The position numbers and the translations under genes were made by a program. From positions 295,190-327,189 of the forward strand of contig NZ_JHUX01000004.1 in the NCBI RefSeq assembly GCF_000619845.1: 32,000 bases of DNA, written 5' to 3'. This stretch comes from Alkanindiges illinoisensis DSM 15370. GTDB lineage: Bacteria; Pseudomonadota; Gammaproteobacteria; Pseudomonadales; Moraxellaceae. Below are positions 1 to 8,736 of the stretch, piece by piece. Position 1 is the first letter of the stretch; each line of letters opens with the position of its first letter. The notes beneath the pieces are model-generated. The model saw only the letters and a program-made list of their open reading frames with translations, was not told where the DNA came from and made no database searches.

Positions 1-68
1 GGATACTGCGGATACTGCGGATACTGCGGATACTGCGGATACTGCGGATACTGCGGATACTGCGGATA
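1..68 (+). repeat. Perfect 9-bp tandem repeat GGATACTGC x7 plus a partial 8th unit (GGATA). The array begins at or before the window edge.
   Basis: Read directly: positions 1-63 are seven identical 9-mers. The unit length is a multiple of 3 and reads GAT ACT GCG (Asp-Thr-Ala) in frame 2. Confidence 0.95.
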
Positions 69-382
69 AGCTATCTTCCGCTAATATTAATGCAAGTGGC
101 TTAGCCTCAGCCAGTGCATCGGAAATTGCTGAAAGTAATGCCAATCACATTGCCGATAATCCTGCCGAATTCATTGATGAGAAAAATACATCAACAGCAG
201 CGGATGAACCGGCAACAGGTGCAGAAGATCATATCCATGCCAGCACAGCGCCTGAACATGACACCGACAAGCATATACTTGATGGTCACGGTGCGGCTGA
301 TCCTGCAACAGATGCTACCCGCGATGGTGAACGCACTGAAAAAGTGGTAAGCAGCGAAAATCAGCCAGCCAATAAACCGTAA
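2..382 (+). CDS. 3' part of a CDS (5' end outside the window) encoding an acidic low-complexity C-terminus: (DTA)7-DKLSSANINASGLASASASEIAESNANHIADNPAEFIDEKNTSTAADEPATGAEDHIHASTAPEHDTDKHILDGHGAADPATDATRDGERTEKVVSSENQPANKP*
   Basis: Frame 2 is open for 126 codons from the window edge to TAA at 380-382. It has no Met, which explains its absence from the ORF track. A strong hairpin terminator follows about 45 nt downstream. I do not recognise the family. Confidence 0.55.
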   Translation, partial: DTADTADTADTADTADTADTADKLSSANINASGLASASASEIAESNANHIADNPAEFIDEKNTSTAADEPATGAEDHIHASTAPEHDTDKHILDGHGAADPATDATRDGERTEKVVSSENQPANKP

Positions 383-424
383 TACAGGCTGTTGTCTTGG
401 GCTTTATGACAACACAGCCCCATT

Positions 425-463
425 AAAAAAAACGGCAGAAATTTATCGTTCTGCCGTTTTTTT
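425..463. terminator. Bidirectional rho-independent terminator between two convergent genes
   Basis: Stem AACGGCAGAA (431-440) pairs with TTCTGCCGTT (449-458) around an 8-nt loop. It is flanked by an A-run upstream and a T-run downstream, so it works on both strands. Confidence 0.8.
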
Positions 464-472
464 AATTCATTT

Positions 473-1717
473 TTAAAGCTGTTCCTGAGCAAGCCAGTGC
501 ATCACGCCCTGTGCTGCCTGCTGCCCGGTTGCAAAACAGGCTGTGAGTAAATAGCCGCCGGTTGGTGCATCCCAGTCCAGCATTTCGCCGCAGCAAAATA
601 CACCCGTTTTGTGCTTGAGCATTAATTGGCCATCCAGTGCTTTACGGCTTACCCCACCAGCGGTACTAATGGCCTCATCAATAGGTCGAAACCCTTTAAC
701 CTGAACAGCTAAGCATTTTGTCATAGCTGCTACCTGTTGTGGATTTTGCCAGTCTGCCTTGGGCAATACTTCACGTAACAAAGCTGCCTTGGTTTGATCC
801 AGTCCAGCCTTGCGCCAGATATTATTAAGCGATTGCTTGGCAACTGGCTTTAATTTTTGTGCCAGTACAGCCTCCTCCAGATCTGGCAATAGGTCCAGAT
901 AAATACAGGCAGATTTGTACTCATTAAACTGCTGACGCAATTCACGGCTCAAGCGGTAGATTAGTCCGCCTTCCAGCCCGTAATGACTAATGACGGCTTC
1001 GCCCTGATAAATCCTGATTTCCTGACTATTATCTGATTGTACCCAGGCCTTAATGCGCTTAAGAGGTTGTCCGGCCAGTGGCTGCATAAAGTCCGACCAG
1101 TTAACCTGCACCCCCACATTGGAGGGCTGCAACGGCACAATGTCTACATTCTGCACCTGCAATAACGGAATCCAAGCAGCATCACTGCCCAGCCTTGCCC
1201 AGCTTCCACCACCAGTGGCCAGAATCACAGCTTTTGCCTGAACAGTAATTGATTGATCCTGACGCAAAAATTCCAGTTGCTGATCTTGCCATCCTGTCCA
1301 GCGATGACGGTAAAAAAACTCTACCCCCAGTGTTTTTAACCGGTTTAACCAGGCACGCAATAAGGGTGCGGCTTTCATTTCTACCGGAAAAATCCGCCCG
1401 GAACTGCCAACATAGGATTTAATACCAAGACCCTGCATCCAGTCCTGAATCCAGCGTGCATCACACGCCGCCAGCATGGGTTTGAGCCAGTCTGGCTGGT
1501 CATAACGCTGCACAAACGCCTCAAAGGCTTCATTGTGGCTAATGTTAAGGCCAGTTTTCCCAGCCATCAAAAATTTGCGTGCTGCCGAAGGCTTTTGCTC
1601 ATAGACCTGCACCGTATGCCCAGCCTGCGCCAGTACTTCTGCTGCCATCAGTCCGGCTGGCCCGGCACCCACAATGACTATCGGTAAGTCGCTTGATGAA
1701 CAAGTATTTTCAGGCAT
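473..1717 (-). CDS. NAD(P)/FAD-dependent oxidoreductase, HI0933/YhiN-like (TIGR03862-type flavoprotein)
   Basis: N-terminal dinucleotide fold IVIVGAGPAGLMAAEVLAQAGHTVQVYEQ and C-terminal GEMLDWDAPTGGYLLTACFATG, typical of the HI0933-like family. I moved the start to Met13 (MPENT..., ATG 1715-1717) because the longer ORF overlaps the upstream gene. Confidence 0.85.
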   Translation of the reverse strand: MPENTCSSSDLPIVIVGAGPAGLMAAEVLAQAGHTVQVYEQKPSAARKFLMAGKTGLNISHNEAFEAFVQRYDQPDWLKPMLAACDARWIQDWMQGLGIKSYVGSSGRIFPVEMKAAPLLRAWLNRLKTLGVEFFYRHRWTGWQDQQLEFLRQDQSITVQAKAVILATGGGSWARLGSDAAWIPLLQVQNVDIVPLQPSNVGVQVNWSDFMQPLAGQPLKRIKAWVQSDNSQEIRIYQGEAVISHYGLEGGLIYRLSRELRQQFNEYKSACIYLDLLPDLEEAVLAQKLKPVAKQSLNNIWRKAGLDQTKAALLREVLPKADWQNPQQVAAMTKCLAVQVKGFRPIDEAISTAGGVSRKALDGQLMLKHKTGVFCCGEMLDWDAPTGGYLLTACFATGQQAAQGVMHWLAQEQL

Positions 1718-1718
1718 A

Positions 1719-2345
1719 TCAACAGCGCGCCATAGGACTGATATAACTATCAAAACGGGTTTGATACTGCGCAGGCTTGGTGATAATCAATTCTTCACAT
1801 GGCTCGCCACGCGCCAGATATTTCACCTCAAAATGGGTACGTGCCGAATCAGGTGCAATGGCCTGCCGCACAAACGGCAATTTCCACATCTGCTCAAGCT
1901 GGCTAGCTGCTTCATCCAGATAGGCCGGGATATTGCTGGCAAGGGTAATGCGGGCATTATCCTGCAAGCGCGATAATAAAAATTCAAAAAATGGCATGTT
2001 CAGCCAGCGCTGCGCCGGGTTTTTCGGTTCTGGATTGGGATATAGCAGAAATAACTGCTCAACCGTTTGTGGCAATAAAGCATGCACCACCCACGGAATG
2101 GCATCGGCATGTACCGGATATAAATTTTCCAGATGGTGATCCTGCTGGCGTGCGGCAAACACCTTGAATTTTGCGCTGGTGCGTTCAACCGCCACCAAGA
2201 TTTTGTCAGGGTTTTGCTCGGCAAACAAAATGGCATGCCGACCCATGCCTGCACCGATTTCCAGGCAAATGGCCTGACTAAACTGCGGCAGCACAAAATT
2301 GCGCGGCGCTTGCAGGTATTGGGGCTGAAATAAACGCGCAGACAT
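1719..2345 (-). CDS. SAM-dependent methyltransferase, TrmB (tRNA m7G46 methyltransferase)-like family
   Basis: SAM motif LEIGAGMGRH and a PNPEPKNPAQRW segment resembling the TrmB FPDPWxKxRHxKRR motif. Start moved to MSARLFQ (ATG 2343-2345), preceded by AGGAA 8 nt upstream. The motifs diverge from canonical TrmB, so I assign no symbol. Confidence 0.7.
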   Translation of the reverse strand: MSARLFQPQYLQAPRNFVLPQFSQAICLEIGAGMGRHAILFAEQNPDKILVAVERTSAKFKVFAARQQDHHLENLYPVHADAIPWVVHALLPQTVEQLFLLYPNPEPKNPAQRWLNMPFFEFLLSRLQDNARITLASNIPAYLDEAASQLEQMWKLPFVRQAIAPDSARTHFEVKYLARGEPCEELIITKPAQYQTRFDSYISPMARC

Positions 2346-2662
2346 GGTTAATTTCCTAAAACAGTTTAGCGGCAAATTTACTCACCACCCTCAATTCTTC
2401 CTAGACCTGCCCTATGGTGCTGTTCAGGTTTGTCTTGCTATAAACAGGCGCCAGATACATTGTATAGCTACGTTTTATAAGCATGTTGAACTTTAATATG
2501 GCAGCAAAACCTTGCAGTAGTGTAGTTGAACAAGGGCTTATCATTGCGCGAAGTCTAGCAAGACTTTGACAGGCGGTGGGAACATTGTACAGAACTCCAC
2601 ATTGCAAAAAAATCTCAAGCTTTTACACTAGTGTTTTCCATGACCAAAAACTTGTACGCATC

Positions 2663-2857
2663 ATGTCCAAGCCTGTTACTTTTCCATGCCCACACTGCAA
2701 AAAACCATCCCTATGGCATGACAATCCCTCGCGGCCATTTTGCTCGGAACGCTGCAAACTGATTGACCTAGGGGCATGGGCCAATGAAGATTACAAGATT
2801 GCCAGCCCCACTGCACCTGAACATACAGAGCCCAAGGCTGATGATCTGAATGATTAA
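2663..2857 (+). CDS. yacG: DNA gyrase inhibitor YacG (zinc-ribbon protein)
   Basis: [46 protein letters not shown] carries the CxxC...CxxRC zinc ribbon and the LIDLG-W signature of YacG. The ORF-track start at 2576 is a GTG extension. Confidence 0.9.
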   Translation: MSKPVTFPCPHCKKPSLWHDNPSRPFCSERCKLIDLGAWANEDYKIASPTAPEHTEPKADDLND

Positions 2858-2913
2858 TCCATAAAATATTTAAGATGCTGTTTTGCTGAGATATTATCGA
2901 ATAAGTCCTGACA

Positions 2914-2945
2914 ATAAAAAAACTCCTGTCATTGCCAACAGGAGT
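2914..2945 (-). terminator. Rho-independent terminator for the lipoprotein gene
   Basis: ACTCCTGT (2922-2929) pairs with ACAGGAGT (2938-2945). The U-tract is present only on the minus strand (plus-strand A-run 2916-2921). Confidence 0.6.
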
Positions 2946-3037
2946 CATCACCGTATATATCAACTTACTGCATTTTTCTTAATAAATTTTTAACTGCTAG
3001 CTTTCTTAGCCTTCTTTAATTTTCAAAATAAATCTGG

Positions 3038-3472
3038 TTAATTAGCCAGAGGCGCAACGGATTTAGAAATAATCTGGTTGAGTACCCATTTGGTTTCCAG
3101 TTGGCCAGAAGCGGGATTTTGCATCACATCCTGTCTGACATCCAGAATATAGGAATAGCCAGGTTCAAAATTAAAGCCTTCAATATTGGTTTTGAGTGGA
3201 TTAAAGTTGTTTTCATAACGGTTGCGATATTGCAGGCATTCAATCTGGCCACCGTTGATACTGTCACACAAGGCTTTACGCGGTGAAACTTCAATCAGGA
3301 AACTAGGAATAGGTTTTACCTTGACTGCTTTAACCTCGCCATTTTTAACCACTGGCGCCTTGGTATCTATCGCTTGATTGGTCTGGCAGCCGGTTAGGAT
3401 TACAGTACTAGATGCCACAGCAGCCAGCACTAGTTGTTTGAACGACAGGTTTTTTAGCAGCAGGTGTTTCAT
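3038..3472 (-). CDS. Lipoprotein, DUF4377-like
   Basis: Signal peptide plus lipobox MKHLLLKNLSFKQLVLAAVASSTVILTGC. Start moved to Met44 of the track ORF (ATG 3470-3472). The C-terminal part, with two Cys (CDSINGGQIECLQY) and FEPGYSYILDV, is what I associate with DUF4377. The family call is from memory. Confidence 0.75.
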   Translation of the reverse strand: MKHLLLKNLSFKQLVLAAVASSTVILTGCQTNQAIDTKAPVVKNGEVKAVKVKPIPSFLIEVSPRKALCDSINGGQIECLQYRNRYENNFNPLKTNIEGFNFEPGYSYILDVRQDVMQNPASGQLETKWVLNQIISKSVAPLAN

Positions 3473-3615
3473 CTCATTACTCCAGTCATATGACATTTTA
3501 AAAAATTTTAATAAACCTAGAGTAAAGGTTTTTTGATGAATTACCAGTAACTTACACAATTTTAAAAACGACAACATCTGTAAAAAAATATTTAATGACA
3601 AAATGTTACATGGTA

Positions 3616-4260
3616 TTAGCCCGCACGGCCTGCCAAAAATGGATTTGTTCGTTTTTCCTGCCCAATCGTTCCCATCGGCCCATGACCGGCAATAAAACGG
3701 GTTTCATCCGGCAGACTAAACAGCTCACGCTGGATAGAGGCAATCAGTTGCGCATGGTTGCCACGCGGAAAATCAGTGCGGCCAATCGAACCTGCAAACA
3801 GCACATCGCCAGTCCATACCAGATTTAAATCCTTGCTATACAACACCACATGGCCTGGGGTATGGCCGGGCGTAAACCGTACTTCAATCGGATACTGGCC
3901 CAGATACAGGGTTTCATTTCCCGCTAGCCACTGATTGACTACCACAGGCTGCGGCACTGGAAAGCCAAACATCTTTGACTGCTGCTCCAGCGCATCCAGC
4001 CAGAACGCATCTTCTGCATGCGGGCCAATAACTGGCACCTGATAATACTGTGCCAGCTCACCCACTGCACCCGCATGATCCAGATGGCCGTGTGTTAGCC
4101 ACAGGGCGACTAGTTTAAGCTGCAACTGTTCAATGGTTTGCTTGAGCCGCGCCACCTCCCCGCCTGCATCAATCAGCACAGCTTCGCGACTTTCATCATC
4201 CCACAGCAGGGTACAGTTTTGTGCAAAGGGCGTTACGGTCAGAATTTGATAGTGCAACAT
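3616..4260 (-). CDS. gloC: MBL-fold metallo-hydrolase, YcbL/GloC-type hydroxyacylglutathione hydrolase
   Basis: THGHLDHAG metal motif, GHTPGHV, GRTDFPRGNH and GHGP. It appears collinear along its whole length with E. coli YcbL as I recall that sequence. Confidence 0.85.
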   Translation of the reverse strand: MLHYQILTVTPFAQNCTLLWDDESREAVLIDAGGEVARLKQTIEQLQLKLVALWLTHGHLDHAGAVGELAQYYQVPVIGPHAEDAFWLDALEQQSKMFGFPVPQPVVVNQWLAGNETLYLGQYPIEVRFTPGHTPGHVVLYSKDLNLVWTGDVLFAGSIGRTDFPRGNHAQLIASIQRELFSLPDETRFIAGHGPMGTIGQEKRTNPFLAGRAG

Positions 4261-4347
4261 GGCTATCTTTGCTCTCTACAGGTCAATTTCTTAACAAAAA
4301 ACAGTTTTAACAAGGTGCTGACTTAACAGCAACAGGGTTATGAGCGC

Positions 4348-5475
4348 TTACAAATTAGGACTAGAGGTTTGAGCAGCACAATGCACAGGCTCGCTGCCAG
4401 AGACAATCCCTGAATTCAGAAACCCTTCAATCAATGGCGCGGTAAGCGCTTCCATCATGTCCAGATGCAAGGGGTGGATATTAAGCGCTGGAATGTAATG
4501 ATACGATTTGCCGCCCGCTTGCAGAAAAATATGCTGGTTTTCCAGTGCCAGCTCCTCCAGGGTTTCCAGGCAATCCGCAGAAAATGCCGGACTGATTACC
4601 TGAATATGCTGTACCCCCTCTGCCGCCCATTGCTGTAATAAATCACTGGTATACGGCTTGACCCATTCCTGCTTGCCAAAGCGGGACTGAAAGCTAATGG
4701 CCCACTGTGCATCATTCAGGCCTAGTGCCTGCGCTACCAGTCTGGCCGTGACGTGGCAGCGCTCGGGATAAGGATCGCCCTTATCGGCGTATGGCTTTGG
4801 AATGCCATGAAAAGACATCAGCAGTTTGTCTGGCTGGCCGTGCTCCTGCTGATAATCCCGTATAGTTTGCGCCAGTGCCTTAATCAATAGCGGGTGCTGG
4901 TAATAATCCTTGATAACGCATACCGATAGCATATCCCGCTGCTTTGAAGTCCATTGATTAACCGCATCAATTGCTGCCCCTGTGGAAGTGGCGGAGTATT
5001 GGGGAAACAACGGCAGCACAATCACATGCTCAATCCCGGCCTGCCTGATTTGATCCAGTGCACCGGAAGTACTGGGGGCACCATAACTCATGGCAGGTAA
5101 TACCCGAACATCCACATGCGCAAAACGCTGCTGTAAGCGGTCGGCCAGCAAATCGACCTGCTGTTGCAGGATCAGCCGCATGGGTGAATCTCCATCCTGC
5201 CAGATGCTGGCATAGGCTTTTGCCACACGCTTGGGCCGAAATGGCAGCACAAACAAGTTCAGGATAATAGCCCACAGCAACCGGGAAATTTCAATCACAC
5301 GCTGATCCGACAAAAACTGCTTTAAAAACTTGCGGACTGCGGCAGGCGTGGGCGCATCTGGTGTGCCCAGATTCATGAGCACAACAGCCACACGTGGCTT
5401 AGATACTGTAACGCTGGACGCTGTAGCGCTGGATAAAACAGAGGTTGAGAGTGCAGGCTTGGTAGAAACAGGCAT
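4348..5475 (-). CDS. hemH: Ferrochelatase
   Basis: [36 protein letters not shown] and [10 protein letters not shown] motifs. It carries a roughly 25-aa Ser/Thr/Ala-rich N-terminal extension. No alternative start codon exists between 5475 and the conserved KPRV segment. Confidence 0.92.
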   Translation of the reverse strand: MPVSTKPALSTSVLSSATASSVTVSKPRVAVVLMNLGTPDAPTPAAVRKFLKQFLSDQRVIEISRLLWAIILNLFVLPFRPKRVAKAYASIWQDGDSPMRLILQQQVDLLADRLQQRFAHVDVRVLPAMSYGAPSTSGALDQIRQAGIEHVIVLPLFPQYSATSTGAAIDAVNQWTSKQRDMLSVCVIKDYYQHPLLIKALAQTIRDYQQEHGQPDKLLMSFHGIPKPYADKGDPYPERCHVTARLVAQALGLNDAQWAISFQSRFGKQEWVKPYTSDLLQQWAAEGVQHIQVISPAFSADCLETLEELALENQHIFLQAGGKSYHYIPALNIHPLHLDMMEALTAPLIEGFLNSGIVSGSEPVHCAAQTSSPNL

Positions 5476-5605
5476 GGACAGTATGAAATGTCAGGAATAA
5501 GTCATCTAAACTTAGCAAGGCTGCGCTAAAATTACAAAAGCTTTAATGGCAAATAATACAAAGTCTATTTAATTATAAAAATACTGGTCAGTTATAAATT
5601 TCTGG

Positions 5606-6610
5606 TTAAATGGCTTTTTTGCCCTGATTCATGGTCATTAAGGTTTTTTCAGCTTGCGGGGTCAGTTCCCAAAGCAAGCGCTGCCGGTTATCGCGCCCGG
5701 AAGGCACAATCCAGTTGTTGTGTTTGAGCTGCATCTTGATGGTATGCAAAGCCCGGATGTTAATCTGGCTACGGGCAGTGGCGTGTGCACGTGGCATCAC
5801 TTCGCGCACGTCTCCCAGCGAGGTCTGGTTTAAAAACTCGTTAATGACGCGGGAAAAGTTTTCTTCAGGCGCTGCAGGACTAAACCCGGGGCCCAGCACT
5901 GCCAGTATTTCACCCCACTTCATTTTGCGCTGGGGACGCAGTTCCTTGAAATTGCCATCCTGATAGGCATGCACTTTATAATCAAAGGAAAACAGCTCAT
6001 CCGGATGAACACGCGGAATCTGGATTGCTTCTTCACGAAACACATTATTTTTCAGTTCCAGCTGGGCAATTTTCTGGCGCAACTGGTCAACTTCTTCCTG
6101 GAGTTTCTGGGTATTTTGCGGACGAATCCAGCCGGCTGAAGGATAACGCTCAATCATTTGCGGCATGGCATGGCGCACTGCCATTTCCAGATCACGCATG
6201 TTGCGATAGCTTACCACCACATCGCGCTCACGCTGGAGCTGCTGGCGAAAATCACTGAACTTGGATTTCCCTTCGCCAGTTTTTTCCTGTAATTCTGGCG
6301 CACGGCTATCCGGCGCTTCATGCATCAGCACCAGAATTGGTTTTTGCTTGGTCACTGCATAAATGTACTCAAGGTGCATATAGCTAACACCAGACGCAGA
6401 CAGGTCGCCGTAGCACCCGCCCAGCAGCAGCACAAAATAATCACAGTCATCAATCTGGCGGCGGGCAAATGCCGTGGTGAGCGGTGTACGCTGTTCCAGA
6501 CCCCAAGAAAAAAAACCCTGACTGACAAGCGCCTGTGACAATACAACGCGTTCAGCTTGCATATCTACACCAGAGGTACAGATAAAAACATGATAGCGTT
6601 TGTCAATCAT
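5606..6610 (-). CDS. DUF4062-like (TIR-like/Rossmann-like) domain protein with a central coiled coil and an unassigned C-terminal domain
   Basis: HVFICTSGVDMQAER...IDDCDYFVLLLGGCYGDL...SYMHLEYIYAVTKQKPILVLMHE matches the DUF4062 pattern as I remember it. AAGGA lies 8 nt upstream of the ATG at 6608-6610. Confidence 0.75.
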   Translation of the reverse strand: MIDKRYHVFICTSGVDMQAERVVLSQALVSQGFFSWGLEQRTPLTTAFARRQIDDCDYFVLLLGGCYGDLSASGVSYMHLEYIYAVTKQKPILVLMHEAPDSRAPELQEKTGEGKSKFSDFRQQLQRERDVVVSYRNMRDLEMAVRHAMPQMIERYPSAGWIRPQNTQKLQEEVDQLRQKIAQLELKNNVFREEAIQIPRVHPDELFSFDYKVHAYQDGNFKELRPQRKMKWGEILAVLGPGFSPAAPEENFSRVINEFLNQTSLGDVREVMPRAHATARSQINIRALHTIKMQLKHNNWIVPSGRDNRQRLLWELTPQAEKTLMTMNQGKKAI

Positions 6611-6655
6611 AACGACATCCTTGCTAAATCACCCATCAGTGCATACCGCGTTAGC

Positions 6656-6673
6656 ATGTGATACTCATCACAT
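6656..6673. promoter_or_regulatory. CRP/Vfr-type binding site, ATGTGA-TACTCA-TCACAT
   Basis: Perfect TGTGA(6657-6661)-N6-TCACA(6668-6672) with complementary A/T flanks. It is centred about 54 bp upstream of the DUF4062 start codon and is not followed by a U-tract on either strand. Confidence 0.55.
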
Positions 6674-6771
6674 TATACTGCAAGTTCATTGCAAAAATGG
6701 TCACTTTTATCCCAATAGCGGTATTTACAAGCAATTTATGCTTACTTCCTTAATGCTGGGCAGTCTACCGC

Positions 6772-7713
6772 TCAATTCTGCGCGACGCAACTGGCGGCCA
6801 TGGATTCAATATCTGCCTGCTGCACTGAGATGAAAACAGGTGAAAACGATTTTATTAAACTGTTGAGTACCGGTTGCGCCATATTCGCATTTCCGGTCAC
6901 ATAGCATTGTAACTTAACTACTGGCTGCTTTGCACTTTCAATTTCAGTGCCAGCCGTCTGTATTTGTCCATTATTTAACCGCTGGGCAGTAAGTACCCGT
7001 CCGGTTTGCCGGGCAACTGCCAAACCGGAATCTACCAAAACAAACTGCTCACCAAATACCGCACGGATGCTGTTTTTTAAAAACGGATAATGGGTGCAGC
7101 CCAATACCAGATGATCTGCCCCGGCTTGTTGTAATGGCCGCAAAATCCGCTCCAATTCCTGCTGGCAGGCCTTGCTATCCTGCTGGCCCTGCTCAACAAA
7201 CGGCACCAGTGCCGGACTTATTGCTGTCAAGACCTGTACCTGTGCAGGCACCGCAACCTCAGCAATCACATCCTTGAGCAGACTACCACGCAGGGTTCCC
7301 GGCGTTGCCAGCACACCTACTACCTTTGAGCGACTTTTTAGCACGGCAGGCTTAACCGCTGGTACCAGCCCAATAATCGGAAAACCCGGCCCATAGTGTT
7401 CACGCAATGGCGTCAGGCTAAAAGCAGAAGCAGTATTGCAGGCAATCACCACCGCCTTGCAGCCCTGCGCATGCAACCATTGCACCGCCTGTGTGGTGAG
7501 CTGGCAGATTTCATCATCACTGCGCTCGCCATACGGCACATGCTTGGTATCGGCCAGATAAATAATGGATTCCTGCGGCAAATAAGCCTGTAACTCCTGC
7601 ACAATCGACAAACCGCCCATACCAGAATCGAACACACCAATGGGAGCTGAGCTGAGCTGTAACGGATTGACAGCAACGGCAGGAGATGAAAAATCGGTAA
7701 GCGTAGACTTCAT
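6772..7713 (-). CDS. murI: Glutamate racemase
   Basis: GVFDSGMGGLS, catalytic-Cys motifs IACNTAS and LGCTHYP. Confidence 0.92.
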   Translation of the reverse strand: MKSTLTDFSSPAVAVNPLQLSSAPIGVFDSGMGGLSIVQELQAYLPQESIIYLADTKHVPYGERSDDEICQLTTQAVQWLHAQGCKAVVIACNTASAFSLTPLREHYGPGFPIIGLVPAVKPAVLKSRSKVVGVLATPGTLRGSLLKDVIAEVAVPAQVQVLTAISPALVPFVEQGQQDSKACQQELERILRPLQQAGADHLVLGCTHYPFLKNSIRAVFGEQFVLVDSGLAVARQTGRVLTAQRLNNGQIQTAGTEIESAKQPVVKLQCYVTGNANMAQPVLNSLIKSFSPVFISVQQADIESMAASCVAQN

Positions 7714-7887
7714 AGGCGCAGCATTTGCACGTTAAGGAAACTGGACACAAGCCAGCAATTGATCAGGACTATTTTGTTTGGCAAGTCACTGAATACTTGG
7801 ACGGTTTGCTTTAATCTCCTCTTAAATCAAGATCAAAGCTGTACCAAAGATCCGGCTACTAACCCGTCAGGCCATTAAGCATTTGCG

Positions 7888-8535
7888 CTATTCTGCCAGC
7901 GCCTCACTATTTAAGCAAAACTCAAAATCACCGCTGCTGAATTTTACAACAGTCTGGCCATCCTGTTCCAGAAACTCACCTTCATTCAGCAAATGATAAA
8001 AAGCATTGCGATGAATCAGGGCATCCAGATTCCAGCGTACATTAATATAGGGCCGGATTTCGCCCGCATATTCGCGCATGAATACCGGATGCTGTTCATC
8101 AATCACCACGACATCATCAGTCTGAGTAATGCAGGTTAGATATTGCTTGCCATCGGTACAGACTTTTTCAATGCGGTTGACTAGCAAAGGTGCGTCTTCT
8201 ACCTCAATCAGCAGCTTTTCAACCGGGGTTTTCAGGTAATACTGGCCGTCATCTTCACGCCACAATACGGTAGAAAATAGCCGGATTAGCCGTTCCCGAT
8301 TGATTTTTGAACCCTCATGCCACCATTCGCCGTTGGCCCTGACTGTCAAGTTCATACTTCCACAGACCTGTGGATTCCAGCGCTCCAGTGGCGGAATGGC
8401 ACGTTTGGACTGACCCTCATAGTCTTTCAGTAAAGCCGCGATTTTGCTAAGGCTGGCACCCGCTGAAACTATGTCGGACGCTGAAGCTATTGACGGGCTT
8501 TCAGGCTGATTTTTGGGTAGGTTTTCTTCATTCAT
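7888..8535 (-). CDS. DUF1285 domain-containing protein
   Basis: RWNPQVCGSMNLTVRANGEWWHEGSKINRERLIRLFSTVL and YYLKTPVEKLLIEVEDAPLLV are typical of DUF1285. Family recalled from memory. Confidence 0.8.
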   Translation of the reverse strand: MNEENLPKNQPESPSIASASDIVSAGASLSKIAALLKDYEGQSKRAIPPLERWNPQVCGSMNLTVRANGEWWHEGSKINRERLIRLFSTVLWREDDGQYYLKTPVEKLLIEVEDAPLLVNRIEKVCTDGKQYLTCITQTDDVVVIDEQHPVFMREYAGEIRPYINVRWNLDALIHRNAFYHLLNEGEFLEQDGQTVVKFSSGDFEFCLNSEALAE

Positions 8536-8736
8536 TGTCTAATATGTCCAAGTTGACACCAAATAATCAACGTATTGCCAATTGGCTTAAACCTGTGAAT
8601 AACTTTATACTATAGGATAATGCTTAAGACACTCCTTTTTTGTGTCTCACTGTACTCATGGCAGCACCGGACAATGCTTGGCAAATTGCCTTGAAGCATC
8701 TTACGGTTGCCACCCTTATCATATGAGGAGTCCTTC

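Noticed and set aside
1-68. Possible CRISPR array or telomere-like repeat
   Set aside because: The units are 9 bp and directly abutting with no spacers. They are in frame with a coding sequence, so this is a coding minisatellite, not a CRISPR array.
114-350. Track ORF (78 aa, frame 3) at the left edge
   Set aside because: It overlaps the frame-2 open frame that runs from the window edge through the in-frame repeat to a stop just before the terminator. Its sequence (MHRKLLKVMPITLPIILPNSLMRKIHQQQRMNRQQ...) has the look of an off-frame translation. I prefer the frame-2 partial CDS.
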